In this document: piece by piece, positions 1 through 9,177 of the stretch | How the letters are laid out: every line of letters starts with the position of its first letter | Numbering within the stretch: the stretch's first letter is position 1 | Source of the DNA: Eledone cirrhosa | Lineage: Eukaryota | Length of the DNA stretch: 64,000 nucleotides | Direction of reading: 5' to 3' | Assembly (NCBI GenBank): GCA_964016885.1 | Contig: OZ024740.1 | Span: 41,168,001 to 41,232,000 of the forward strand | The notes under the pieces: generated by a model | Seen by the model: the letters and a program-made list of their open reading frames with translations, nothing else | Told to the model about the DNA's origin: nothing | Database searches by the model: none | Position numbers and translations under genes: made by a program

Positions 1-64
1 CATATATATACATACATACATATATACACATACATATATATATATATATATATAATATACACAT

Positions 65-111
<47 letters not shown>

Positions 112-262
112 CACATACATATACATATATACACACACACACATACATACATATACATATATATACACACATACACACACATACCCATATACACATGTGC
201 ACACACACACATACAAACACATACATATACATACACATACATATACACACATACACACACAC

Positions 263-315
<53 letters not shown>

Positions 316-405
316 CACACATATATATACATACATACATATATACACATACATATATATATATATATATACACATACACACACATATATATATATATAT
401 ATATA
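1..405 (-). repeat. Compound (TA)n/(CA)n/(TACA)n microsatellite; inverted copies of the microsatellite-rich 3' UTR of the Penelope element
   Basis: The diagnostic string ATACCCATATACACATGTGCACACACACACATACAAACAC (181-220) recurs at ~1789-1828 and is the reverse complement of ~4722-4761. By eye, 1-260 matches the reverse complement of ~4680-4950 and ~262-405 that of ~4860-4995. Confidence 0.75.
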
Positions 406-477
406 CATTATGAAGAGAGAAGAAACATTTAGATATAATTAGTAATAAAATGTATCATACCTAAACTGTTCCTAAAT

Positions 478-565
478 TCCTCGACTACGTAGTTTCGTGG
501 CATAAACAAAAACAATATATCAAAGATATAGAGTCCTTGCGAGGTCTGCCGACTTATCAAGAGGA
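478..565 (-). ncRNA. Type I hammerhead ribozyme, family A (U3-A8 core variant)
   Basis: The minus strand reads TCCTC-TTGATAA-GTCGGCA...TGCCAC-GAAA-CTACGTAG-TC-GAGGA and is the reverse complement of 1348-1435. Confidence 0.85.
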
Positions 566-1068
566 TACCTCATTTTACTAGTCTCAAGAACGCGTCTACA
601 CGACGTGAGAAAGAATCCCAAAAGGCGGAGGGGGAGATAGTCACGCGATATAACGGTCGAGAAACAGAGCTAAGCCTCTTATAACCACGAAGAAAATACC
701 ACGGAGGCGGAGGGGGTATTCATATCGAGGCCGTAGAAGAGGTAGTGAAGAAGGCGAGAAGTATGAGTAATGGAAGCTTTCCAGTTGTCCCCACACCTCA
801 AAGATTGCTCGACCAGAGGGAGTTATTAATATATTTAGAAACACACAGATACATGCGGACACACACATATATACATGAATGCATCCGCACCCAACTGTGA
901 GTTAAGGGTGCCAACTTCACCGATGTTGCTCAATGAATGACTGGGACAGACCAATTCAGTTTGAACCAGACTGAACCAGTATCAGAGTTAAAAATACATT
1001 ATGAAGAGAGAAGAAACATTTAGATATAATTAGTAATAAAATGTATCATACCTAAACTGTTCCTAAAT

Positions 1069-1151
1069 TCCTCGACTACGTAGTTTCGTGGCATAAACAA
1101 AAACAATATATCAAAGATATAGAGTCCTTGCGAGGTCTGCCGACTTATCAA
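1069..1151 (-). ncRNA. Truncated family A hammerhead ribozyme (5' strand of stem I lost at the inversion junction)
   Basis: Matches 478-560 but stops exactly at the TTGATAA core. The TCCTC arm is replaced by the inverted segment that starts at 1152. Confidence 0.75.
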
Positions 1152-1347
1152 CTTCTCGCCTTCTTCACTACCTCTTCTACGGCCTCGATATGAATACCCC
1201 CTCCGCCTCCGTGGTATTTTCTTCGTGGTTATAAGAGGCTTAGCTCTGTTTCTCGACCGTTATATCGCGTGACTATCTCCCCCTCCGCCTTTTGGGATTC
1301 TTTCTCACGTCGTGTAGACGCGTTCTTGAGACTAGTAAAATGAGGTA

Positions 1348-1435
1348 TCCTCTTGATAAGTCGGCAGACCTCGCAAGGACTCTATATCTTTGATATATTG
1401 TTTTTGTTTATGCCACGAAACTACGTAGTCGAGGA
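1348..1435 (+). ncRNA. Type I hammerhead ribozyme, family A (U3-A8 core variant, extended stem II, palindromic minimal stem III)
   Basis: Stem I TCCTC(1348-1352)/GAGGA(1431-1435); core TTGATAA 1353-1359; stem II GT(C)GGCA/TGCCAC spanning 1360-1416; GAAA 1417-1420; palindrome ACTACGTAGT 1420-1429; GUC cleavage triplet 1428-1430. Confidence 0.85.
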
Positions 1436-1666
1436 ATTTAGGAACAGTTTAGGTATGATACATTTTATTACTAATTATATCTAAATGTTTCTTCTCTCTT
1501 CATAATGTATTTTTAACTCTGATACTGGTTCAGTCTGGTTCAAACTGAATTGGTCTGTCCCAGTCATTCATTGAGCAACATCGGTGAAGTTGGCACCCTT
1601 AACTCACAGTTGGGTGCGGATGCATTCATGTATATATGTGTGTGTCCGCATGTATCTGCGTGTTTC

Positions 1667-1670
<4 letters not shown>

Positions 1671-1720
<50 letters not shown>

Positions 1721-2190
1721 CACATACATATACATATATACACACACACATACATACACATACATATATATACACACATACACACACATACCCATATACA
1801 CATGTGCACACACACACATACAAACACATACATATACATACACATACATATACACACATACACACACACACACAAATATATACACATACAAATAAATATG
1901 TACTCAATAAATATACGCATATACGCAGGCACATAAAAACACCTCTACAAGCAGAAAATGTAGATAGGTAAGAGGTACTCACATAACCATAGTGGCCGTA
2001 TTTCAGGTTGAGGAGGGGTGGGGGTATGGTGGGAAGGAGGTATAGGGGCCAATAGGAGGAGGTCGTTTTTAGCCACCGGGCTTTAACACTGGCTTAAAGT
2101 GTTTGAAAGTTGCAAAGTTCTTGTGCATGCAGTTCGGGCAGTGTTCAGAGAGTTTGTTCAGTAGCGGGCCCTTGGCGAATAAAATTTCGT
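1671..2190 (-). repeat. 5' inverted partial copy (inverted pseudo-LTR) of the Penelope element's ORF end and 3' UTR
   Basis: Reverse complement of 4359-~4860 (2190 pairs with 4359), with about three substitutions seen in the ~300 bp of non-microsatellite sequence. An inverted 5' pLTR is a known PLE structure. Confidence 0.9.
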
Positions 2191-2334
2191 CTATATTAAA
2201 ATCTCATCTATATTAAAACTTTTATACTCTGCAATGTATTGAGTACCTTACTTACTGTGGTTACCTCCGATTCAACCCGGAATAACGTACCTTTTAGCAC
2301 TCTCTGTGCCCCTTATAACCATCATCAAGAAACC

Positions 2335-4480
2335 ATGCTGACCAAACTCGACCTTGATGTTTCCATGAAGAACATCCCTATCCCTCCAAGGAAACTATAC
2401 TTAAAAACACTCATCAGCCGTACCGACGAGTTCATCAAGCGAATTAGATGGAGAGCCTTCTTCCTCGACAACCCTGATGTAGCATCTACCAATGATGAGA
2501 AGTTCGGCTTCAAAACGAATAAGACACCACCCACCAACAGCCTACTCCAACCATTTGAAGAAGACCTCTTCAAGATGATCAAGGATATTAAATTCCGTAG
2601 AGCCACCACACCATTCCAGGCCTACTTAAATGCCGAATTGCGGAATATAAAAAAATCCCCTAATCTTTATGTCTCCTCCGATAAAACCAAAAACGTTTAT
2701 GAGGTAGACCCACAGACCTACAATAAGCTGGCAAAAAATACCATCACGACCACCTACAAAAAGGTAATAGAGATGGCACTGACTGAGACAAACGCGGCCG
2801 GAAAAGAAATCGCCAAGTCCCTTAAATTACACGACCGAACCGAACCTTTAAGGGTAAAGACCCCGCACTTTACCCTGAAGGACCATAAGGGAAACTTCCT
2901 CAACAAACCATCAGTCAGACTTATCAACCCCACTCGTTCTGACATCGGCTCCATCAGTAAGAGGATCCTGGATAGAGTTCTACCATTATTGCGGGCTGCC
3001 TCACCACTTCCACTCTGGAGCAGAACATCTGAGGCAATATCATGGTTCCAAAAATTACCCGACAAACACCACACTCGCTTCCTGCAACTCGACATAGATA
3101 ACTACTATGCCTCTATCTCGGAGCCCCTCCTGAAGGACGCAATTAACTTTGCCAGGAATTTTACCACCATTACCGATGCTGAGCAAGTTGTTATCCTCCA
3201 CGCTCGTAAGACCTTCCTATACCACGATGGATCTTACTGGATCAACAAGAAATCTCAGACCCCATTTGACGTTAGCATGGGGAGCGAGTGACTCGGCTGA
3301 AATTAGCGACCTTGTGGGCCTGTACATCCTACATCACCTGAAGAACCTCTTTACCGGCCTAACGGGAGGTTTATACCGAGACGACGGCCTCTTCGCCCTG
3401 CATAAGGTTAGCCCCAGAACCACCGATGGATTTCGGAAAAACTTAAGCTCATTCTTCTCTAATCTAGGATTTAGTATAACTATAGAATCTAATTTGACTA
3501 GGGCCAACTTCTTAGAAGTCACTCTCGACCTAGATACTTCCCTCTATTACCCGTACCACAAACCTAACGAGTCCCTTAAATATATTAATGTTAATTCAAA
3601 CCACCCCCAAAACATCACTGATAACCTAGTAAAAGGCGTCTCTATGAGAATATCCGGCCTCTCCGCCAACAAAGATATTTTTAATGCATCTGCCTCCTAC
3701 TACAATGACGCCCTCGCCCGTAGCGGATTTAAAGAAAAGATAACATACCTAGAAACCACCGCAAGATCGCAGAGGAGGAATAGACATAGGCAGATTAGCT
3801 GGTACAACCCTCCCTTCAATAGAGAGGTCTCTACTCCGATAGCTAGGATTTTCTTCACTTTGCTGAAATTACACTTCCCCATACAACATAGGTACCACAC
3901 CATCTTTAATAAGAACACAATAAGACTCTCCTACTCCACCACACCTAACCTAGCTAGGAATATAGCCAACCACAATTCTAAAAAATTAAATAAGCCAACC
4001 ACCTCCGAAACCAATCCCCGGACTGGGGCTCTGTGTAATTGCCTAAATAAGGAGGCATGCCCACTTGAAAACAAATGCCTCACAAATGATATCGTATACA
4101 AATGCGATGTCATCTCAGGCACCGATGATTGCAAAAAAACTTACATCGGCATGACCTCCACCAACTTTAAGACCCGTTGGTATGCCCATATTCACTCCTT
4201 CAGAAGACCGGACAAATCAAACCAGACAACACTCGCCTCCTATGTTTGGGACCTCAAAAGGAACTCCACCCCCTTCACGCTTAAATGGAAAATACTCCAG
4301 AAAGCGCGCTCTTACAACGGAGGACACAAGGGCTGCGACCTTTGTATTTCAGAGAGCTACGAAATTTTATTCGCCAAGGGCCCGCTACTGAACAAACTCT
4401 CTGAACACTGCCCGAACTGCATGCACAAGAACTTTGCAACTTTCAAACACTTTAAGCCAGTGTTAAAGCCCGATGGCTAA
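2335..4480 (+). pseudogene. PLE reverse transcriptase / GIY-YIG endonuclease polyprotein (~714 aa), split by one extra base near 3283-3289
   Basis: First ATG at 2335 (ACCATG). Frame 1 motifs: SMKNIPIP, FIKRIRWRAFF, SDKTKNVY, LKDHKGNF..KPSVRLINP, LDIDNYYASI (RT motif A), FDVSMGS. The +1 frame continues DSAEISDLVG, GLYRDDGL (catalytic YxDD), SNHP, WYNPPF, IRLSYS, CNC-x5-C-x5-C, IVYKC...YIG, CDLC..E, LLNK..E...C.H. Joins supplied ORFs 2239-3291 and 3149-4480. Confidence 0.92.
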
Positions 4481-4659
4481 AAACGACCTCCTCCTATTGG
4501 CCCCTATACCTCCTTCCCACCCTACCCCCACCCCTCCTCAACCTGAAATACGGCCACTATGGTTATGTGAGTACCTCTTACCTATCTACATTTTCTGCCT
4601 GTAGAGGTGTTTTTATGTGCCTGCGTATATGCGTATATTTATTGAGTACATATTTATTT

Positions 4660-4830
4660 GTATGTGTATATATTTGTGTGTGTGTGTGTATGTGTGTATA
4701 TGTATGTGTATGTATATGTATGTGTTTGTATGTGTGTGTGTGCACATGTGTATATGGGTATGTGTGTGTATGTGTGTATATATATGTATGTGTATGTATG
4801 TGTGTGTGTGTATATATGTATATGTATGTG

Positions 4831-4927
<97 letters not shown>

Positions 4928-5042
4928 ATATATGTATTTATGTATATATATGTGTGTATATATATATATATGTGTGTGTGTGTATGTGTATGTGTATTTA
5001 TATTTTTTTATATATGTATATGTATATGTATGTATATATATG

Positions 5043-5131
<89 letters not shown>

Positions 5132-5176
5132 ATATATATGTGTGTGTGCATGTGTATATATATATGTATATGTATG

Positions 5177-5222
<46 letters not shown>

Positions 5223-5385
5223 CATATATGTGTGTATGTATGTGTGTGTACGTATGTGTATGTATGTATGTGTATGTTTATTTATTTATATATATATAAA
5301 TATATTTATATGTGTGTCTGTGTATATATGTGTGTCTGTGTATGTGTGTTTATGGGTGCGCGCGAGTGTGTGAGTGAGTGTGTCT
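4660..5385 (+). repeat. Compound (TG)n/(TA)n/(TATG)n microsatellite inside the PLE 3' UTR
   Basis: Direct reading. It lies between the ORF stop (4480) and the terminal HHR/direct repeat (5845-5911). Confidence 0.95.
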
Positions 5386-5844
5386 TGTGAATGTGTCTGT
5401 TGTTTTTTGGCATATAGTTGAATAGTTTAAGAGTAATTTGAGGATAATTGTAAGATATGCACTCAATATTCTGAATTTGTCTACAGAATTCTCTAAACCT
5501 TTGTCACTTAGTAGAACCTTAATGATTTTAGCTTTTAAAGAATCTCCCTTTCCTTTAAATCTATCTACCATGACTGACCCCCCACTGATCTTATAGACAC
5601 CTGTTAGCTTAAGAGAAACTTAATAATAAGGAATGGCATGCCTCCTGAACCTGTTTATAGAATTCTGTCTGCCTTTGTTACTTTAAAAACAAAAATAAAT
5701 AAAAATAAAAATAAAAATAAACTATAGCTTTGTAGAATTAGCTTTTAATGAAATCCCTTTTCTATCAACCAATGACCTACACCCATCCCACTCCCCACCC
5801 TCTTCTACCACTTGTATAAATACCATACTTATTTTTTGATACCC

Positions 5845-5895
5845 AGATTCCTGATGATTTCTAAAGAATGAAACAGTTCTAGTCCTGTAGAATCT
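5845..5895 (+). ncRNA. Type I hammerhead ribozyme, family B (PLE 3' pLTR)
   Basis: Stem I AGATTC(5845-5850)/GAATCT(5890-5895); canonical CTGATGA 5851-5857; stem II TTC-TAAA-GAA with a T.T mismatch at its base; GAAA 5870-5873; stem III ACAG/CTGT; GUA triplet 5887-5889. Confidence 0.85.
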
Positions 5896-5907
5896 CATCT
5901 ATATTAA

Positions 5908-6027
<120 letters not shown>

Positions 6028-6501
6028 GTATGGGTTTATATAATGCTCGGTTTGTTTGTAAACAAACAGCCCGAATTTTTAGCCGTACAGTGTTCGGCAA
6101 CCATCGTTGCCCTTTTGTTCAACACTGACAAAGGAACGATGAACTAGTTTCTAGCTTATTAGCTGTCAACAGCAGCGTATACCTTCCTGTCAGTCGATTG
6201 AACGTTTGAAAGTATATACTTTCTCCTTATGCATATTAACGGCTGAGCAGCCTAATTTGCATATCGAGTGAGTTAGTCGGCTGGGCGTACCGAAAATGAT
6301 AAATGGAAAAAATGAAATTTCATTTCCCACTCTTAGTACGGCTGATACTTAAATATAAGTATGTATACGTACATACATATATGTATACAGACGTACAGTA
6401 GTATGTATATACATACATACATGCACACATATATGTATGTATCATGAGTATGGCGTATATTATGGCTTAATAGCCCAGCCTTTGATATACATACATCCTC
6501 C

Positions 6502-6759
6502 AAATACCGGTCGCTCTCCGACAGGTTCACGGTCGCGCCCTTGACAGTGGAGACTTCTGGTGTTCTTGGCCCTAGGGCTACCTCCCTATTCACCACCATA
6601 GGCGCTGAGCTAGCCAGCCGCAGGTGTGAGCCTCGAGAGTTGGAATGGCTCTTCCAGATCATCTCCCTTACCATCCTCCGAGGAAACACCTTCTCCATTC
6701 TGTCCGCCGGGGCTGTGCTCACCATACGGATTAATAGGCAAAGTTATAAACTATTGTAA
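6502..6759 (+). pseudogene. 3' fragment of a non-LTR retrotransposon with a restriction-like endonuclease (CRE-like C-terminus)
   Basis: The translation KYRSLSDRFTVAPLTVETSGVLGPRATSLFTTIGAELASRRCEPRELEWLFQIISLTILRGNTFSIL fits the KY..L....F.P...ET.G..G......QR.S.AI.RGN pattern that ends CRE-type RLE domains. It is 5'-truncated. Confidence 0.75.
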
Positions 6760-6799
6760 ATAGAGGTAAGAGTCTCTTTCGAACCTCGGAGTAAATTCT

Positions 6800-8129
6800 T
6801 CCATATATTTAACCACTCGCTTCACTTCAGCAGAGGCCCTCTGCTTCTTTTCAAATTCCTTAATATCGGTAGCAATCAGATTTCACCACAAGACTCTCTC
6901 TGTTACAAGAATTTTCCACGTTTCCGTGTTGATGTTGAGCTTTTTCAGGGTATCTTTCCGGCAGTCCTTAAAGAGCTTGTGCGGTTTGCTTTGCATACGT
7001 TTTCCCTGCAACAGTTCTCCATACAATACTTGTTTGGGGATTCTGCTGTTTTCTAGGCGTACTCTGTGACTTCACTACCGGAGACGCTGTTATATAATCA
7101 TGGTATCGATGCTTGGCAGACAGGCCGGCTACAGCACATCAGTGTCTGTTGTATGAGACCTTTATGGGATCTTGAGAATAGAGCGCAAGCATTGTTGGTG
7201 GAAACGTTCGTGATGCTGGGTATGCTCGCAGTATATGTAGTCCATGTTTCACATCCATACAGCAAGGTTCTAAGCACATATGCTTGATATATTTCAACTT
7301 TCGCGTGCACACTGTTATCTGACCGTGACCACAGGCGCTTCTCCAACTTACCAAAAAGCATCGGAAGCTTTAAACAGCCAGTAGCTTACCTCTTCATCAA
7401 GGGTACTGGTTTTGGAGAGAGTACTACCCAAGTAGATGATATTATCCACAACCTTCAATATTTTCCCTTTGACAGATATGGATGGTGGAATATATAGCTT
7501 TTCAGATGCATGCTGGTACATTACCACTGTTGTTTTCAGGCTGGTTGTTAATCCAAACTAATCATATTTTACCGAGAAGCAATCCACCAGAAGTTGAAGA
7601 TCTTTCGTTTGACTAACAAGATCACAGTTGTCTTCAGAAGATCACACATCAGTGCAGTATATGTTTTTGATGCAGAAAGAAATCGTTGGATGTTAAAGAG
7701 CCTTCCTGTTGTACGATGAGGTAAATATATGCCAACATTCGTATTGATGAATGCTTTTAATAAAATTACTGCAAAGAAGATAACACAGTCTCAGTGAGCA
7801 GGTCACACTATTTCACGCCTGACTCAACTGAAGAAGATTCTAGGAGCTCACCATTGATGCAAACCCACGCTCTCATTTCATCATGTAATGAATGTATAAG
7901 TCCCATAAATTTCTCAGGGAAACTCAGCTTCAAGAGCATACACTAAAGGACTTGCCAGTTCACTGTGCCAAAAACCTCCGTAAGATCAGTAAAGTAATTG
8001 CACAGGTAAAACTATTGCTCCTTACACATCTTGCTGATATTCCGCGTTGAGATGCCGGCAGAATGTTAGACGATTAAGAAGGATTCTGTCAAAGATTTTA
8101 CTAACAACTGATAGTAAAGTAATCCCCCC
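6800..8129 (-). pseudogene. Decayed RTE-clade LINE reverse transcriptase and C-terminal region
   Basis: Minus-strand peptides [20 protein letters not shown] (~8065-8129) and FGKLEKRLWS...AKVEIYQAYVLRTLLYGCETWTTY (~7230-7355), with YLGS and RIPKQVLYGEL-like segments, are typical of RTE/BovB RTs. There are many stops and frameshifts. Confidence 0.85.
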
Positions 8130-8239
8130 ACCACATATATACATACTTGTATACAAGCTCACATACAGAGGTACACATAACACAGAAGCCCACTGACACG
8201 AACACACACTGACATACAAACATACACACACCCGTACGA

Positions 8240-8241
<2 letters not shown>

Positions 8242-8318
<77 letters not shown>
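8242..8318. repeat. (CA)n microsatellite, ~38 units
   Basis: Direct reading. Confidence 0.97.
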
Positions 8319-8323
<5 letters not shown>

Positions 8324-8329
8324 GATCCG

Positions 8330-8461
8330 AATCATGTTTCCGTTGGTCTTTCCAATTGCTGATACTATATACTGGTCGCAACTCCTGGCAGAAGGAGCAA
8401 TGGGAAATAAAACGTCTTGCTCAACGCATCACTCGACTCACAAGCTCTAAGCAACGCACCT

Positions 8462-8464
<3 letters not shown>
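8330..8464 (-). mobile_element. Possible degenerate SINE fragment
   Basis: GGAGCAATGGGAAATAAAACGTCTTGCTCAA resembles the reverse-strand 'AAGTGTCTTGCYCAAGG' motif near the B-box/core of many tRNA-derived invertebrate SINEs. Recognised from memory only. Confidence 0.35.
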
Positions 8465-8512
<48 letters not shown>

Positions 8513-8598
8513 ATAATAATAAATGCGAAGACTAAAATCCAAAGAAGATCCCGTTAAGGGTGAAAGCAGCGATTCTTTGCTTAAACTTTAATCTGTTA

Positions 8599-8641
<43 letters not shown>

Positions 8642-8795
8642 AATCTGAGTTTATCGAATATTAATAATAACATTCGATTCGTTTGCAATTATGCAAACAA
8701 GCCTCAATTTTATAGCCATGTCAGTAGAATGAACCCCTCATTCTTGCTTCTGTGTTGGCATGTGAACAGAACTGCATATATATATATATATATAT

Positions 8796-8976
8796 ATAGG
8801 AACAAGTAAGACCCCGACGGCTGAGCTCAAGCCGTTTCGTCCAGAATTAGCCATCGAAACGGCTTGAGCTCAGCCGTCGGGGTCTTACTTGTTCCTATTA
8901 CCCACTCTACTACCCTAAGTATTGAGTACTTTGGTGCGTTATGGTCCACCTGGTTCCTTACCACATTTCCTTCGTT
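8796..8976. mobile_element. Very short fold-back remnant of an HHR-bearing (PLE/retrozyme) 3' end, family C
   Basis: Perfect 44-bp inverted repeat 8796-8839 / 8855-8898 with a 15-nt spacer. Each arm is the 3' half of an HHR (GAAA-CGGCT-TGAGCTC-AGCCG-TC). (TA)n flanks both sides. Confidence 0.7.
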
Positions 8977-9099
8977 ATATATATATATATATATATATGT
9001 ATTGAAATTTCCGTTGGAAACAGAAAAGGTCATAGAAATGAAGAGTGCTCTATGTAAGTATCAGAGCAAAATTTAATGTATAAAAATCAATACAATATA

Positions 9100-9177
9100 A
9101 TTACCTCATTGCCAGAGGTTTCCCGAATGAGGCGAATACGAAATAAACGACTTCATTCGTTCGTCAGACGAGGCAAT
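9100..9177 (-). ncRNA. Family D hammerhead copy with a mutated cleavage triplet (GCA instead of GUA)
   Basis: Reverse complement of 10660-10737 except at position 9111, which changes the invariant U16.1 to C. Confidence 0.65.

Larger units (their letters stand above)
404..1675. mobile_element. Non-coding hammerhead-bearing retrozyme-like element (591-nt monomer): ~1.26 units on the minus strand (404-1151) joined head-to-head to a circularly permuted partial unit on the plus strand (1152-~1675)
   Basis: 404-560 is directly repeated at 995-1151 (period 591: TCGACTACG at 481 and 1072). 1152-1510 is the reverse complement of 762-404 and continues as the reverse complement of ~995-830. Each unit carries an HHR motif, there is no credible ORF, and both outer ends merge into (TA)n. 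Confidence 0.8.

Noticed and set aside
641-868. 75-aa minus-strand ORF inside the retrozyme monomer
   Set aside because: Starts in a TG microsatellite, has no recognisable motif, and its length is expected by chance. Not excluded without conservation data.
195-1982. ORFs rich in YI/HT/CV dipeptides (195-442, 1584-1982)
   Set aside because: Translations of (TA)n/(CA)n/(TG)n microsatellites, which lack stops by construction.
2239-2334. N-terminal extension from the TTG start in the ORF track
   Set aside because: Eukaryotic context. The first ATG (2335) has a good Kozak context and lies just before the conserved SMKNIPIP motif.
3289-3291. TGA as selenocysteine (some Naiad PLEs encode selenoproteins)
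   Set aside because: Read-through in this frame meets TGA and TAG within a few codons, the conserved motif continues in the +1 frame, and the Cys-cluster codons are ordinary TGT/TGC.
2325-4391. Short antisense or alternative-frame ORFs overlapping the RT gene
   Set aside because: Shadows of the real PLE reading frame.
4567-5390. 200-270 aa ORFs in all three plus frames
   Set aside because: Microsatellite translations within the PLE 3' UTR.
5350-5640. 73-aa antisense ORF in the PLE 3' UTR, and a nearby GVYKI peptide resembling a GIY motif
   Set aside because: No YIG partner or other domain motifs, and the two lie in different frames. Treated as chance.
9039-9070. TGAAGA-GTGCTCT...AGAGCA as a hammerhead 5' half
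   Set aside because: No following GAAA box, stem III or stem I; too little to support a call.
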